DNA of 64,000 nucleotides from Amphiscolops sp. MND2022 (lineage: Eukaryota): NCBI GenBank assembly GCA_964187785.1, contig OZ076417.1, forward strand, positions 2,418,001-2,482,000, read 5' to 3'. Below, piece by piece: positions 1 to 11,747 of this stretch. A program made the position numbers and the translations under genes. The notes under the pieces are model-generated. The model did no database searches and had not been told where the DNA came from. It worked only from the letters and a program-made list of their open reading frames with translations. Each line of letters begins with the position of its first letter. The first letter of the stretch is position 1.

Positions 1-89
1 TGTTAAAATCACCAAATTCTCAACTGAACGATGCCCAATTTGGGGACGATGAATCACTGAAAGAACTTGTTCGTAGAAAGAGACATACT

Positions 90-3000
90 ATGGGAGATCA
101 AATTGTTTTGCTACCCCACCAAACAACTGTCAATTTTCTTTTGAAGGATGAAGGGGTTGATAATATTTGTGATGTACTCGATGAAGCTTTTGCAAAAATA
201 ACTAGGGTATCCAAAATGAATGTCAGTTTTGGATACATTCTCTCAAACAACGAAACTGGCGAATATCGGTACTACTACTCAAGTGACAATACAACAGTCT
301 TACCCAAACCAAAGCTAGTAGAAAACTTTGAACAATTCAAACTGTTAAAACAAGAAATTTTCAGCACTGACTTCATTGAAAAATTTACAAACTTTCGCGA
401 TAGCACAAAATGGACTTTCTTCTGTTTAACCAACGTCTCTCTACATGCCACACACTTGTCACGCCTGCCAATGGGCAGCACCGATCAAGATGTAATAGAT
501 ATTCCGGATTTCATCAAATCTGCAAGGAGTGTGTGGACACTTACCCAGAACAAATCCACAAAAAGATGTCATAATGATAATCTTTGCGTTTTTCGTGCCT
601 TGGCTGCCTTCCAACAAAACTCCATGCATGGATTGGAAACTAAAACAATGGAGCTTTTCCAAACGTAAATTCGCGGAGTGCAAAAGAACGTTCAAGATTT
701 TACCGGTATTGAGTTGACGTACCTGCCAGACGTTGAAAAGTTTTGTTCTTGCGCCATCCGAGTGTTTTCAGCTGAGCTTGATGTAAATAATGTAGTACAA
801 GGTGAATTGTTATACCGAAGTAAAACGTTGGAAATGGACATGCAATCCAACTTTGTTGATCTGCTTCTAGTCGATAATCACACTTGTCTAATCCGAAATC
901 TTAATGTATTTTTTCGACGATTCAAGTGCATCAAGTGTGAACAGTACTTTTTACGACTGTTTGATTTGAATCGCCATCTAAAGTCATGCTCGGAAAAGTC
1001 AGATCACTCCTATCCAGGTGGGAAATACACGCCCACTGACACTTTTTTAACGACGCTAGAGACCGTGTTTGATGTTTGTGTTCCGCATGAGCATAGATTC
1101 TACAAGTCTTTTGTTACTTTTGATTTTGAATCCATTTCGAGACAAAAGTCATCATCACAGCAAACAAATGGATTTGATACCAACCAAGATGATTGTTTCA
1201 TCAAGACGAAAAAATTGGAGTTTACTCACCAACATATTCCCGTTTCGGTTGCAGTATATCAAAACATTACAACAGACGAATCAGCTGCAAAGTGGCTAGT
1301 GGAAGAAGACCCTAACGTTTTGGTAGACAAGTTTGTAGACTACTTAATGGACTTGTCCCTCAAAAATATCTCTCACCAGCGACAAAAGTTTTTACCCTAT
1401 CTAGAACAAATTGATGAAATGTTATTAGATTTTGAACCTGATGACACCATGGGAGAGAACACACACTCAGATGATTAAGAAGCTGCTCTGAACGAAACCA
1501 CTACCGCTACTACTACTGTGTCCAGCACACAGCAGAGATTGCACAGATTCCTGAAAAGAACATGAACACAGTTCTTACAATACATTGACCAGCTACCAAT
1601 TGTTGGTTTCAATAGTGGATTCTACGATTTGAACTTGATAAAGCCATACCTTTTAAGGTCGCTACAGCGTTTCGTTAGCTTGTCATCCATCAAGTGTATT
1701 AAACGAAATACTCGCTTCTTACTCCTTTCGACACCAAACCTGCGCTTCATGGACTGTAGTCATTTTGTTGCACCTGGTACATCATTAGACAAGTTTTTGA
1801 AAGCTTATGGTAGCGAAGTCAGCAAGTTTTTCTTTCCTTACGAACATCTCACCAGTTTTGAAATTTTACAAGAACCTTCATTACCACCCTACGAATCGTT
1901 CTTTTCCTCACTGAAGAATGAAAACGTTTTGGAGAACGAGATTAACAGTTTTGTTCGAAACGGTGGCAGCCTCAACGATCCAAGTAGACCAAAGACAGGG
2001 TTGGAAGTATATGAGGACATTAAACAAACATGGGACCACGAAGGGTTTCAAACAATGATGGATAATTTACAATATTACAATAACCTTGATGTCTATCCCC
2101 TCCACAAGGCTGTGACCAAAATGGCCCGTTTCTATGAACAACACTCGATTGACTTGCTGAAGGAAACTCTAACACTCAGTGGTGCGGTCAACAAAATTTT
2201 ACATCGATCAAACAAAGGCGAAGGAATTTTTTTGTTCAATTATAAAAACAAGGATTTGTATCAAAGTGTTCGAAACAACATTGTTGGAGGGCCAAGTATA
2301 GTGTTTAGTCGTTACGAAAAAACTAATGAAACTGTAATCAATGATGAAAAAGTCAAATCAATAGTTGGTTATGATGCCAACGCTTTGTATTTGTCTGCTA
2401 ATGGTGGGAACATGCCAACTGGACCTTTGACTCATTACGTGTGCAAAAGCTACAACGCTCTAGTTTCCGAAAAAAGTAAATTTTTACAAGCCGAACGACA
2501 GTCTGTTGCTTTTATCTCCAAACATCATCACGACCGAAACCCAAGTTGTTCAGTGACCACTCGTTTCACAAATATGCGCCACCAAGTTAGAACACTCGTT
2601 CCCGATGCTATCTGTGTGTCCTGTAAAACTGTTTGGGAATTTATGGGATGTTATCATCACGCCCATGACTGTATAAGTTTGGTTAGTTGACAAAATTTAA
2701 ATTTTGAAACAATGAATCATACACTTTTTTTGAAGTGCTTCAAACTGCTAAATGTTTCAGCCGCCTCTAATTCATGGAAAAACACCGGCAAAAATACGTG
2801 AAAATGACCAGAAGCGTACGGAAGTAATTCTAAATGCAGGATTCCGTGTGATTGAGCAATGGGAGTGTCAATGGAATCAGCTTAAAGAAACAGACCCCGA
2901 AATATAAGAGTTTGTGAGAAAACTTGATTGTCTACCACAAAAGTTTTCAACGTTGGAGACGTTTCTCAATGCAGTTTGGAAAGAAAAGTCTATGGAATAG

Positions 3001-4168
3001 CTGAAATTGACATCCACGTTCCAGATCACTTGAAGGAACACTTTAAAAACTTCCACCCATCTTCAAAAATACAACTGTCGAGAGGCAACATCTTTCCGCG
3101 GAAATGCAAGATTATGCCAAAGAGTTCGGTTTGATGAAAAACGGTTGGAAATGTCTTGTCGCCAGCTACTTTGGAGAAAAGATAATGTTATCTACCGACT
3201 ACATCAAGTGGTGTTTAGAACATGGTTTGGTTGTAACAAAATGCTACCAGTTTCTTTGTTACAAAAAAGCACAACCCTTCAAAGATTTTTTGGATTTTGT
3301 AACAGAAAACAGGCGTCGAAGAGATGTAGACAAGTCGCTCAGTGTGATTGCAGAAACATCCAAACTTATTGGAAACAGTGCATATGGCATCCAACTCATA
3401 AACAAATCAAAATTTCAAAACACGCTTTTTGTTGATGAAAGAAAAGTTGATCAAAAAATCAATTCTCCGAAATTCCGGTCCTATGACATTGTGGATGAAA
3501 AAATATACAAAATCAACATGGCTAAAAGAAAAATTGTACACGACGAACCCATTCTCGTTGGTTTTACAGTACTAAACAATGGAAAACAAAGAATGTTGGA
3601 GTTTCGTTACGACTTTCTCGGAAGAATTATGAGACCAAGGTCTTTTCGGGCTATAGAGATGGACACAGACTCTTTCTACATGGCTTTGACGGAAAACGAT
3701 CTATACGAATGTTTCAATGAGGTCGCGAAATCACAAATGCAAGAAAATGCAAAGCATTATCATGAACAAGAAGATTGCTATCTACCAAAGGCTCAACTGA
3801 ATTTTCTAACACGAAGCTGCTGTAAAGAACACGGTGCAATGGATAAAAGAACACCTGGACTTTTCAAAATTGAATGGAAAGGAACGGAAATGATTTGTCT
3901 CAACAGCAAAACCTACTGTGCATTTAACGAAAACAACAAAAAGTTGAAAATGGCTCTTAAAGGAAGCAACAAAAATATAGAGTCGCCATTGGAAAGATTT
4001 AAATCTGTCTTGTTCAACAAAGTACCCTACGAAGGAACTAACAAGGGATTTCGCTACTACCGAGGAAACATGTTCACATATAAACAAAACAAAATGTCTA
4101 TAACATATTTTTATTACAAACGATTTGTGCATGATGATGGTGTTACAACATCCCCAATAAATGTATAG
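90..4168 (+). pseudogene. Protein-primed family B DNA polymerase of Polinton/Maverick (adintovirus-like) type, broken by stops and frameshifts
   Basis: Co-linear motifs across ORFs 90-668, 678-1478, 1629-2690, 2928-3134 and 3104-4168: ExoI FDFES, ExoII GFNSGFYD (just before 1629), ExoIII YNNLDV, NIVGGPS, Pol-A YDANALY, Pol-B KLIGNSAYG, Pol-C MDTDS, TPGLFKIE, CLNSKTY. Also a C2H2 finger (CIKC...HLKSC) and a Vsr-like insert (PDA...EFMGCYHH...EQWECQW). Confidence 0.9.
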
Positions 4169-4412
4169 GGTAACTCCGAAGTTTTTTCTCTATAAAACTG
4201 GTTTGAATATTTTTGTTTTTTTTTCTTTCAGTTTCGACGAAAGCTCATCAACTTTTCAGAAATGGCTAACAATGAATGGACACCACCGACTCGAAAAAAT
4301 ACAACTGTTCCTCCTACTGTTTTTCGCAAAGAGAAAAAGAGGACGAGACAAGCAATTATTGGTTTAGGTAAACATTTAAACATAATCCAACCAGAGGTGA
4401 AATATAGTCCAA

Positions 4413-5085
4413 TTGCGAGCTTGTATTAATGATGTTGCAGACACACCTCTTGGTGATGACAGCACAGTTAGTCAAAAAAATACTGCCCTTAACAATAACA
4501 AACAAAATAAAGTGTTGTTTCCGGACGATGCTGCGGAATACCAAGTTGACGAATCAGAAAGGAACCTCTTGGAGAAATTGTTCATAGAAGAAGATAAAAA
4601 CAAGGTCGCATGGTACTTTGAGGATGATAAAGCTGATGGTAACAACAAGCCATCCACAAGTAGCTATCTTGAACAAAGTTTAAAGGTAATCTTTGCTTTT
4701 TCTTGCTGTAAAATTCTCTGACATGGACAAGGTTAATTTTCTTTAGAACACTGATAATTTGAACATGGAGGAACTTGAATTGCTGAAAAAAGTGGAACTG
4801 CTCGAAGACAAAGTTTCAAAAGCTACAACCTCAGATTTAAAGAAACAAGTGAGAGTAGCTGAATTTTGTCCCCTGTCAGTATTCAATTCACTAATGTTTG
4901 TAAAGCTTTTTACTTTTATTAAGAAAATGCAAAACAAAACTTGCACGTTTGCTGAATTATTTCCTGACCTGGTTGACTCGTCGGGACAGCCCTTGATAAC
5001 AATGGAAGACTTAGAGACTGCAAAAACGCTGGCTCAACAGTTTGAATTAGCGTCTCGGAAAAGAAAAAATCCGTCAGACTCGTGA
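4413..5085 (+). CDS. Small, probably spliced hypothetical gene downstream of polB
   Basis: ORFs 4413-4721 and 4759-5085 can be joined through the donor AAAG|GTAATC (~4686) and acceptor TTTCTTTAG|AAC (~4746). No recognisable domain. Confidence 0.3.
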
Positions 5086-5184
5086 AAAAAGGTAAAAGAG
5101 TTTTCAAAGTTTGGTTTTCATTTCATTCAGCCTGAATTCATAAAAATATTTTTCCTTCCAGATTCTTCGACATCATCATACATA

Positions 5185-5400
5185 CTACTCATCATCAATC
5201 ATCCAGTCTTGCAAAATGTCGTCAATTTGTTGAACTTGATCCAGCCATGACAACAAGCGTTCAAACAGTTCTGCAACCTCAACATTGAGATGCATCAGAC
5301 CATCATCACCATCATCATCTTCGTCAAATGACACCATTGAATTATAACCGCTGTCTGTTGCAAGACTGTCCGAATCATTACTCAAATTTTCAATATCCAT
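5185..5400 (-). CDS. Short acidic hypothetical protein
   Basis: 71-aa ATG ORF, very D/E-rich, starting on the left side of the 147-bp repeat. Confidence 0.25.
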   Translation of the reverse strand: MDIENLSNDSDSLATDSGYNSMVSFDEDDDGDDGLMHLNVEVAELFERLLSWLDQVQQIDDILQDWMIDDE

Positions 5401-5667
5401 AAATCTTTAAATTCGAAGTAGTATTCACGAAAACACTAATGTAGAGAATTTACATTTTTCGCTTTGAACCAACAGTGTTTTTTGTCGAAAAGTAGCCCTT
5501 GCACAAATACTAGGAAAGAATATTGAGGATTTTCTGAGGCTCAAACCTGGATACCATCAGATCCCACTAGAAGGAAGAAGGCAAGATAATTAGGATTTGT
5601 GCAAAGTACTACTTTATCACCAAGAAAAATATCTTTATTTAGACTCAGTTTTTGCTCGGCTCAATGG

Positions 5668-6100
5668 AAAAAACCATTCCACTTTTGTTAGTCGCTTTTT
5701 TGTCAACCAATGAAATGTAATGATTGATGACGTCATTTTAAATGTTTTTTTTTGCATTCGGTTATGTCATTGTGTCGCAATCATGACGTTATTTGAAGTC
5801 TGCGTTCTTTTTAACAAAAACCATTCCACTTTTGTTAGTCGCTTTTTTGTCAACCAATGAAATGTAATGATTGATGACGTCATTTTAAATGTTTTTTTTT
5901 GCATTCGGTTATGTCATTGTGTCGCAATCATGACGTTATTTGAAGTCTGCGTTATTTTTAACAAAAACCATTCCACTTTTGTTAGTCGTTTTTTTCGTCA
6001 ACCAATGAAATGTAATGATTGGTGACGTTATTCTAAATGTTTTGCATTCGGTTACGTCATTGTGTCGCAATCATGACGTCATTTGGAGTCCGTGTTATGA
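5668..6100. repeat. Tandem repeat, about 3 x 147 bp, with CCAAT and CRE-like (TGACGTCA) motifs
   Basis: CCATTCC anchors at 5674, 5821 and 5968. TGACGTCA at 5728, 5875 and 6074. Unit 3 is more diverged. Confidence 0.95.
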
Positions 6101-6134
6101 CCATATTCGGTTAATCAATTTGCTCTGAACTATA

Positions 6135-6956
6135 ATGCCGCGTACTTTTACTACTATCGTGAACATGCGTGTTTGTGGGAGACACAACTCAGAGCTCAAG
6201 TACGTGTGCTATGATGACAGAGAGGAAATATGCGAAGAATGCTGGAAAAGCACTCACATCGATCACAGAATAGAACTCATTGAAATTTATAAATGGAAAC
6301 AACTCTGTTCGCCTTGGGAGCTCAGATCGTTTCAGGTTAGTTCACTTTGCCTCTAATAATGAGGGATCAAAGAAACTTTATCTTCAGGAATAGAACAACC
6401 GAAAATCATTCCACATGCTAAATAAATTGTGCTTCATTTCGAACAAGATAATAGGAGCCAGTGGAATGCGATAAGTCTATTCAGCCATAGAGCATTACAG
6501 TGCATAGACAAGCTAAATTTCTACAGTACAATACCTGAGGTATAATAAGAAACAACATCAAAACTCGCCCTCAATTTTTTTACAGGAGTTGCGCGAGTTT
6601 TGTCTAGAAGCAGCCGGTGTTTTCGGTGGAGGAGCGAAATACTTCCTGGAGAAGCAGGAACGGTATACCCAGATTGCAGACATGTGTCTTTCTCTTCAAC
6701 AGAAACAGTCAAGACTTGACAATCAGTTCCAACGAAGACATCTCGACAAGAGTGAGCTACTATAGTTTCATTCGAAAAGTTGTATGATACAGCGGAAACT
6801 TTTAGTACTCATGAATCTTTCCTTCAGATGATGAAGACATAGCGCAGTTAGAGCTTTACATTGAACAAATCAAAGCGGAGTTGATGAAATTGGACGCAGA
6901 CTCGACGGAATTGGATGCACTATTAGCTGAACTCAAGCGAATAACTGAGCAAACAG
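6135..6956 (+). CDS. Spliced B-box zinc finger + coiled-coil (TRIM-like, RING-less) gene; 3' end not determined
   Basis: Exon 1 (6135-6335) encodes CGRH-x7-CYDD-x4-CEEC-x4-HIDH, a B-box2 pattern. Exons 6586-6751 and 6828-6956 have canonical GT/AG ends and compatible phases (0, then 1), and encode heptad-like helical sequence. Confidence 0.65.
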
Positions 6957-9900
6957 GTAGGAATCTGCTAAAGCAGAAACATGGATTGCAAATCGTGTGC
7001 AAATACCATGCCCTCTTTTTTCTTAGAAAGGAGCGTGGGCGTCAACTGAATCATTTTTACAATCACAGGAAGTTATCGCTTCGTTTTATTTTCATTTGTC
7101 TCGCACACTTAATATGCGGAAGATGAAAAATATTAATCAAGGTTCTAAATTATTCCTGTTGGGCGCGCGCTGATTTGTTCCAGGTATAAGATCTAATTTA
7201 TTGCGTTTTGCGATCTACACAGAGTCACACTTTTATCATTGTGTCTGCTTTTTTCGATGAAAAAGAACAAAGAATTAGTTTTCTGGGTTTTCTTCAGCCT
7301 CAAAGCGCAGTGTGGATTTTTTCAGCTACTTCGACTTTGTTGGTGGTTTTATGTCGTTGTGGGGCTAATCTGAAAAGTATCTGATACTATTTTACAAACA
7401 TAGACAGTTTCAGCTCCTCCTTTTGGGTTTTATCGCCAATAATCCACGCGGTTTTTTGTTGTGTTCAGATAACTGATGAAAACTTCCGGAAGAAGATAAT
7501 GAAAGAAAAACACTTGAAATGAAAAAATGACATTCGAAATCATCAAGAGGAACATTAAGTGAGAGTAGGTGAACAAAAAGAACATTAGGTGAACAAAAAG
7601 AACACAATATCTACTTGCCGTCTCTGGGGGGAAGAAGTTGATCGAACGATGTTTTATGGAAAGATGGCCACAAATTCACATCAATGCTGGATACTGGTGC
7701 TTCATCTTCAGTCATTCACCGAAGTTTTGTCAACAATGATCCTGATTTGAAATCTAAGTGTAGTGCGTCGAGACGGATGAGATACTATATTCATATTCCG
7801 GAGGGAAGGTTGAGATTAGGCAAAAAACTAGCTGCTCAACTGACGGTGAGCAAAAAGCAAGCAGGAACTGTCTTTAGAATGGCAGAGAAGGATGAACCAA
7901 TCCTTGAAATGGACGCCATCTCTAAGCTTGGTCTGGTGACATTAAATGTTGATGCTATTGTTGTGGTGAAGAACGATGTGGCCGAACAACTGACAATCGC
8001 CCCGATGCGAAACCGAGATTCCTGAAGCCTAGAAAGTTTCCGTATGCACTTGAGGCACCGGTGCAACAAGAGCTGCAACGCTTATAAGATGCTGGAATTA
8101 TCGAGTCAGTCACCAGTAGTGAATGGGCACTGCCTATGGTCGTTGTTCACAAGCCTGATGGTCGAGATCGTTTGTGCGGAGATTTTGAGACCTCTAGCAA
8201 TCCGTTTATAGATTCACCCGTAACTGCTGGCCTGGAAGTAGAGGACACGCTTGCAAAGCTAGCAGGAAACAAGGTTTTGTCGAAAGTTGATGTTAAAGAT
8301 GCTTATTTGAAAATTCGTCTTGATGAATCATCCCAGTTGCTGACAGTAATTTCTACACCGCTCGGATTGTTCAAGTACAAGTTCTTGCCATTCGTTGTCA
8401 AATCAGCACCTCACATATTCCAAACTCGAATTCGAAAAGTACTCTATAGATTACCATCTGTCTTTTACCACTTGGATGACGTATTTATAGCTGCAACGTC
8501 ACAAAACAAGCACGATGCAACGCTTACTGAATTAAAAAGACGACTTGTCGAAGTTGAGTTACCAATGAACGAAACGAAATCCTACAACGACCTACAATCT
8601 AAGTGAAGTTTATCATCTGGGTTACAAAACTCGCGCAAATAAAATTTTACCTTATGACCGAAAAGTGACCAGCTTCAGAAACATTCCAGAGCCAGAGACT
8701 ACAAAACAAGTAACGCAATTCGTTTCTGCCGTTGCGTTTTACGCAAATATTATCCCTGGATTCTCTGATATAGCACAACCGCTACGTGATTTAGTTAAAG
8801 CTGAAAATTTTGATTGGAAGGATATTCATACGAGAGCATTTGTTAGACTCAAGGATAAACTTTGCAACAAAGTTCTCAAAGCATTTGATCCTGAGCAAGA
8901 CGTAGAGTTATGCTGCGATGCCTCTTCTGTCGCAGTTGGTGTAGTGCTTAGCCAAGGCGGAAGACCTGTGTTTTTCAATAGCAAGACATTATCAAAGGCT
9001 GAAAGGAATTACTCTCAGTTAGATCGTGAAGGTTTGGTTTCTGTGTATGCCGTTAAGCGCTTGCACAAGTAGGTTTTTGGTCGTCGATTTCGCATAATTA
9101 CTGATCCCAAACCCCTTGAATATATCTTTAAACAGAATGGATGCAAATCTGCTCAGGCAAATCAACGTTGGTCCGTCTTTCTGTCACACTATAACTTTGA
9201 GATCGTTGGGAAGCGAACCCAAGAAATCCCAGTAGCTGATTTGCTGTCTCGTCGAGCTACCCACGGACGGTCACACATTTGACATTGGCTCAGCGGACAT
9301 TTTTTACGAACCAGAAAATGACATCCGCAAACAAATAGTTAACAGTTTTGAGAATTCTAAACAATTCGAACAGCTAATTGGATGGCCCAAAGTTTTGAAA
9401 AGTATTTCTAGTTGTTTACGACCTAATCATCGCGTATAGTCGGAACTTATTTTTCACAATATAGAAATTTTCACTTTATAGAAATGGGCGTTTAGTTAAT
9501 CCTAAACCCCTCCGTGCTACAATACTTGAACACCTCCATTCATCGCACGTGGGAATTGTCAAAATGAAAACGTTGGCTCGTTCTCGTTACTGGTGGCCTA
9601 ACATTGATGAAGACATTGGATCTATCTGTAAATTGTGTAAAGATTGTCAAAAATTCAACAAAGTTGCTAAGATCGGTCAGAAAATCAGTTGGAGGTCAAA
9701 TTCATCACAATTCGAACGCATACACAATGATTACGCTGGTCCCATTGAAGGCAGCTTTTTTCTACTTGCCCTTGACGCACAGTCATCCTTTATGTTTGTT
9801 TATCGTACAAAAACCGAAACTGCATCTGAAACCCTTTGCAAGTTGAAAGAACGTTTTGGCCTTGTTGGATTACCAAAGTGTATTGTCTCCGATAATGGAC

Positions 9901-10236
9901 CTGCATTCCGCGCTGATGTATTTAGACAATATTTTTTAAATCGTGGTGTCGAGCGATGGAACTCTCCAGTCGCACACCCAAAAAGCAACGGGCTTGTTGA
10001 ACGGCTTGTCGGAAATTTCAAAATACATATGAAACTAACATAGGAGAAAGGGGATATTGACAGTCGAACTCATAGTTTTCTATTAAAAGACCGACAGGCC
10101 GCTGTTCACGATGGGAAATCATCATCTTTGATTTTCAACTCCACTCCAAAATGCCTATTAATATCACTTCGCCAGGCACGCCGATTCTGTATCCGGAATT
10201 TCGAATGAATTTACCCCCTGTATTTGAAGATGGCGT

Positions 10237-11385
10237 CAGGGTTGCCAAACAGTAAACCCAATTAATTGGGGAAAACCCAATTAGTTGTACAAATAGTGGT
10301 ACCCAATTACAAATACCCAACAAAAATAGCGAATGGACCCCAAATACCCAACCCAATTATCAATTACACCAAACCCATATATCCAATTAGTCGAAAGTAT
10401 CCCCCAAATACTGACCACCACAGCCGATTACCGAATTGACTGTTAGAAAAAAATTCTGCAAACCTTTTGCAATATTTCCTAGATTTTCAATCTTTTCTTC
10501 CTCGATATTCGTGAGGTTGAAAAGTTAGTATTTTAGCATTTATTTTAAAAATATTTGAGTTGATATTGACTATCTGCTTGTCGTAACGTCTAAAGCGCAC
10601 AGTGCTAAGAGGCAAAATCTATGATTGATGATTTGTCTTTGATCATTGTAGTCAGTACGTTAAAATATATTGGTGATATTGCGCCGAATTTTGCGCCTGT
10701 CTTCAGATGGCGGATGAAAATTCATATGTTACAGAGATTGTTGATGCTCCTGTCGGTTATGACACTGATGAAGGAGATGAGGATGTTTTGGAGAATCCTG
10801 TATAACAGAAGAAATTGAAAGGTAGTGAAGGGAAGCTAAATCGATCCAACAACGAGATTCATTCCAAATTTTTCTGAGACTTTGTTAATGGCTGAAAGAC
10901 TGATAAGGACATGTGCACTAAGTGCTCTCAAGTGATAATCAGTGTAAGCTTTGGAAGGAGTTCAATGCGGACTCATTGGAATGCTTGCAAGGATCGATCG
11001 ATCAGAGTGGAAAAGGCAAACAAGGTCGCATTCAGTTACCACAAGATCCAAATCCTGCAGTTTCCGTTAAGCAGAAAGGAACAGACGAAGTCACCCATTA
11101 ACATTTCATATTGTTTTTCTACCATGATGTCATTGAGAAAAGTTAATATTAAAACATCTCATATTGTTGGTTGCACATTCCTGTATGTTTCCATGCTCTT
11201 CTGAATTTCGTATTTGTTGGATTCGGTCCGCTAAATTTTTTTCTGGAACCCAATGTTACCCCATAATACCACGAACCACCCAAATACCAAACCAAATAGT
11301 GGTTGTACTCGAAATACCAAATACCCAAATCGTGAATCTGCAACCCAAACCCAAATATCATCAACCCAATTAATTGGCAACCCTG
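10237..11385 (+). mobile_element. Non-autonomous hAT-like DNA transposon (internal deletion derivative)
   Basis: TIRs CAGGGTTGCCAA (10237) and TTGGCAACCCTG (ends 11385). Degenerate 8-bp TSD GATGGCGT/GCTGGCAT (6/8). ACCCAA-rich subterminal arrays at both ends. Confidence 0.8.
10707..11204 (+). pseudogene. N-terminal transposase remnant with BED zinc finger
   Basis: ATG at 10707 is in frame (three internal stops) with F..DF...CTKC...SMRTHWNAC, a BED-finger-like pattern. No DDE domain remains. Confidence 0.6.
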
Positions 11386-11747
11386 GCTGGCATAGCAATA
11401 TCGACAACTGGTCGTTCATGTGTCAACCTGTATAACCCAATCACTAATAAATCTGTCACACGCCATTTGGACCGAACTAAATCGATGGAATCATCAACAC
11501 CTGTGTTCAGTAAAACTGAAAATCCGGTTACTGAGTCGCCCAGTAGTTCTCGTTTCGTCAGCTCGCCGAGGACACCAGTTCCTGATTCTATTCCTGCCGA
11601 GTCTAACCCCGACTCTGAACCGGTTATGTCACCTGCTACCACTACACGCACACCCACTGAGAACAACCGTGATATTATTTCTGCTCCAGATTCAACTGAG
11701 TTACGTCGTTCAAATCGAACAATTCGAAAGCGGATCCGGTTTAGGAT

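Larger units (their letters stand above)
7684..11745 (+). mobile_element. Decayed Ty3/Gypsy pol (Gypsy-1: PR-RT-RH-IN), interrupted by a hAT element; LTRs not found
   Basis: LDTGASS (PR); WALPMVVVHKPDG, VDVKDAY, LDDVFI (RT); CDASSVAVG, YSQLDREGL (RH); ARSRYWWP, DYAGP, SDNGPAF, SNGLVER (IN). The ELRRSNRTIR tail lies after the insertion. Confidence 0.88.

Noticed and set aside
1-7400. Complete Polinton with TIRs, capsid, integrase and ATPase
   Set aside because: None of these genes or terminal (AG)n/TIR signatures could be found in this window.
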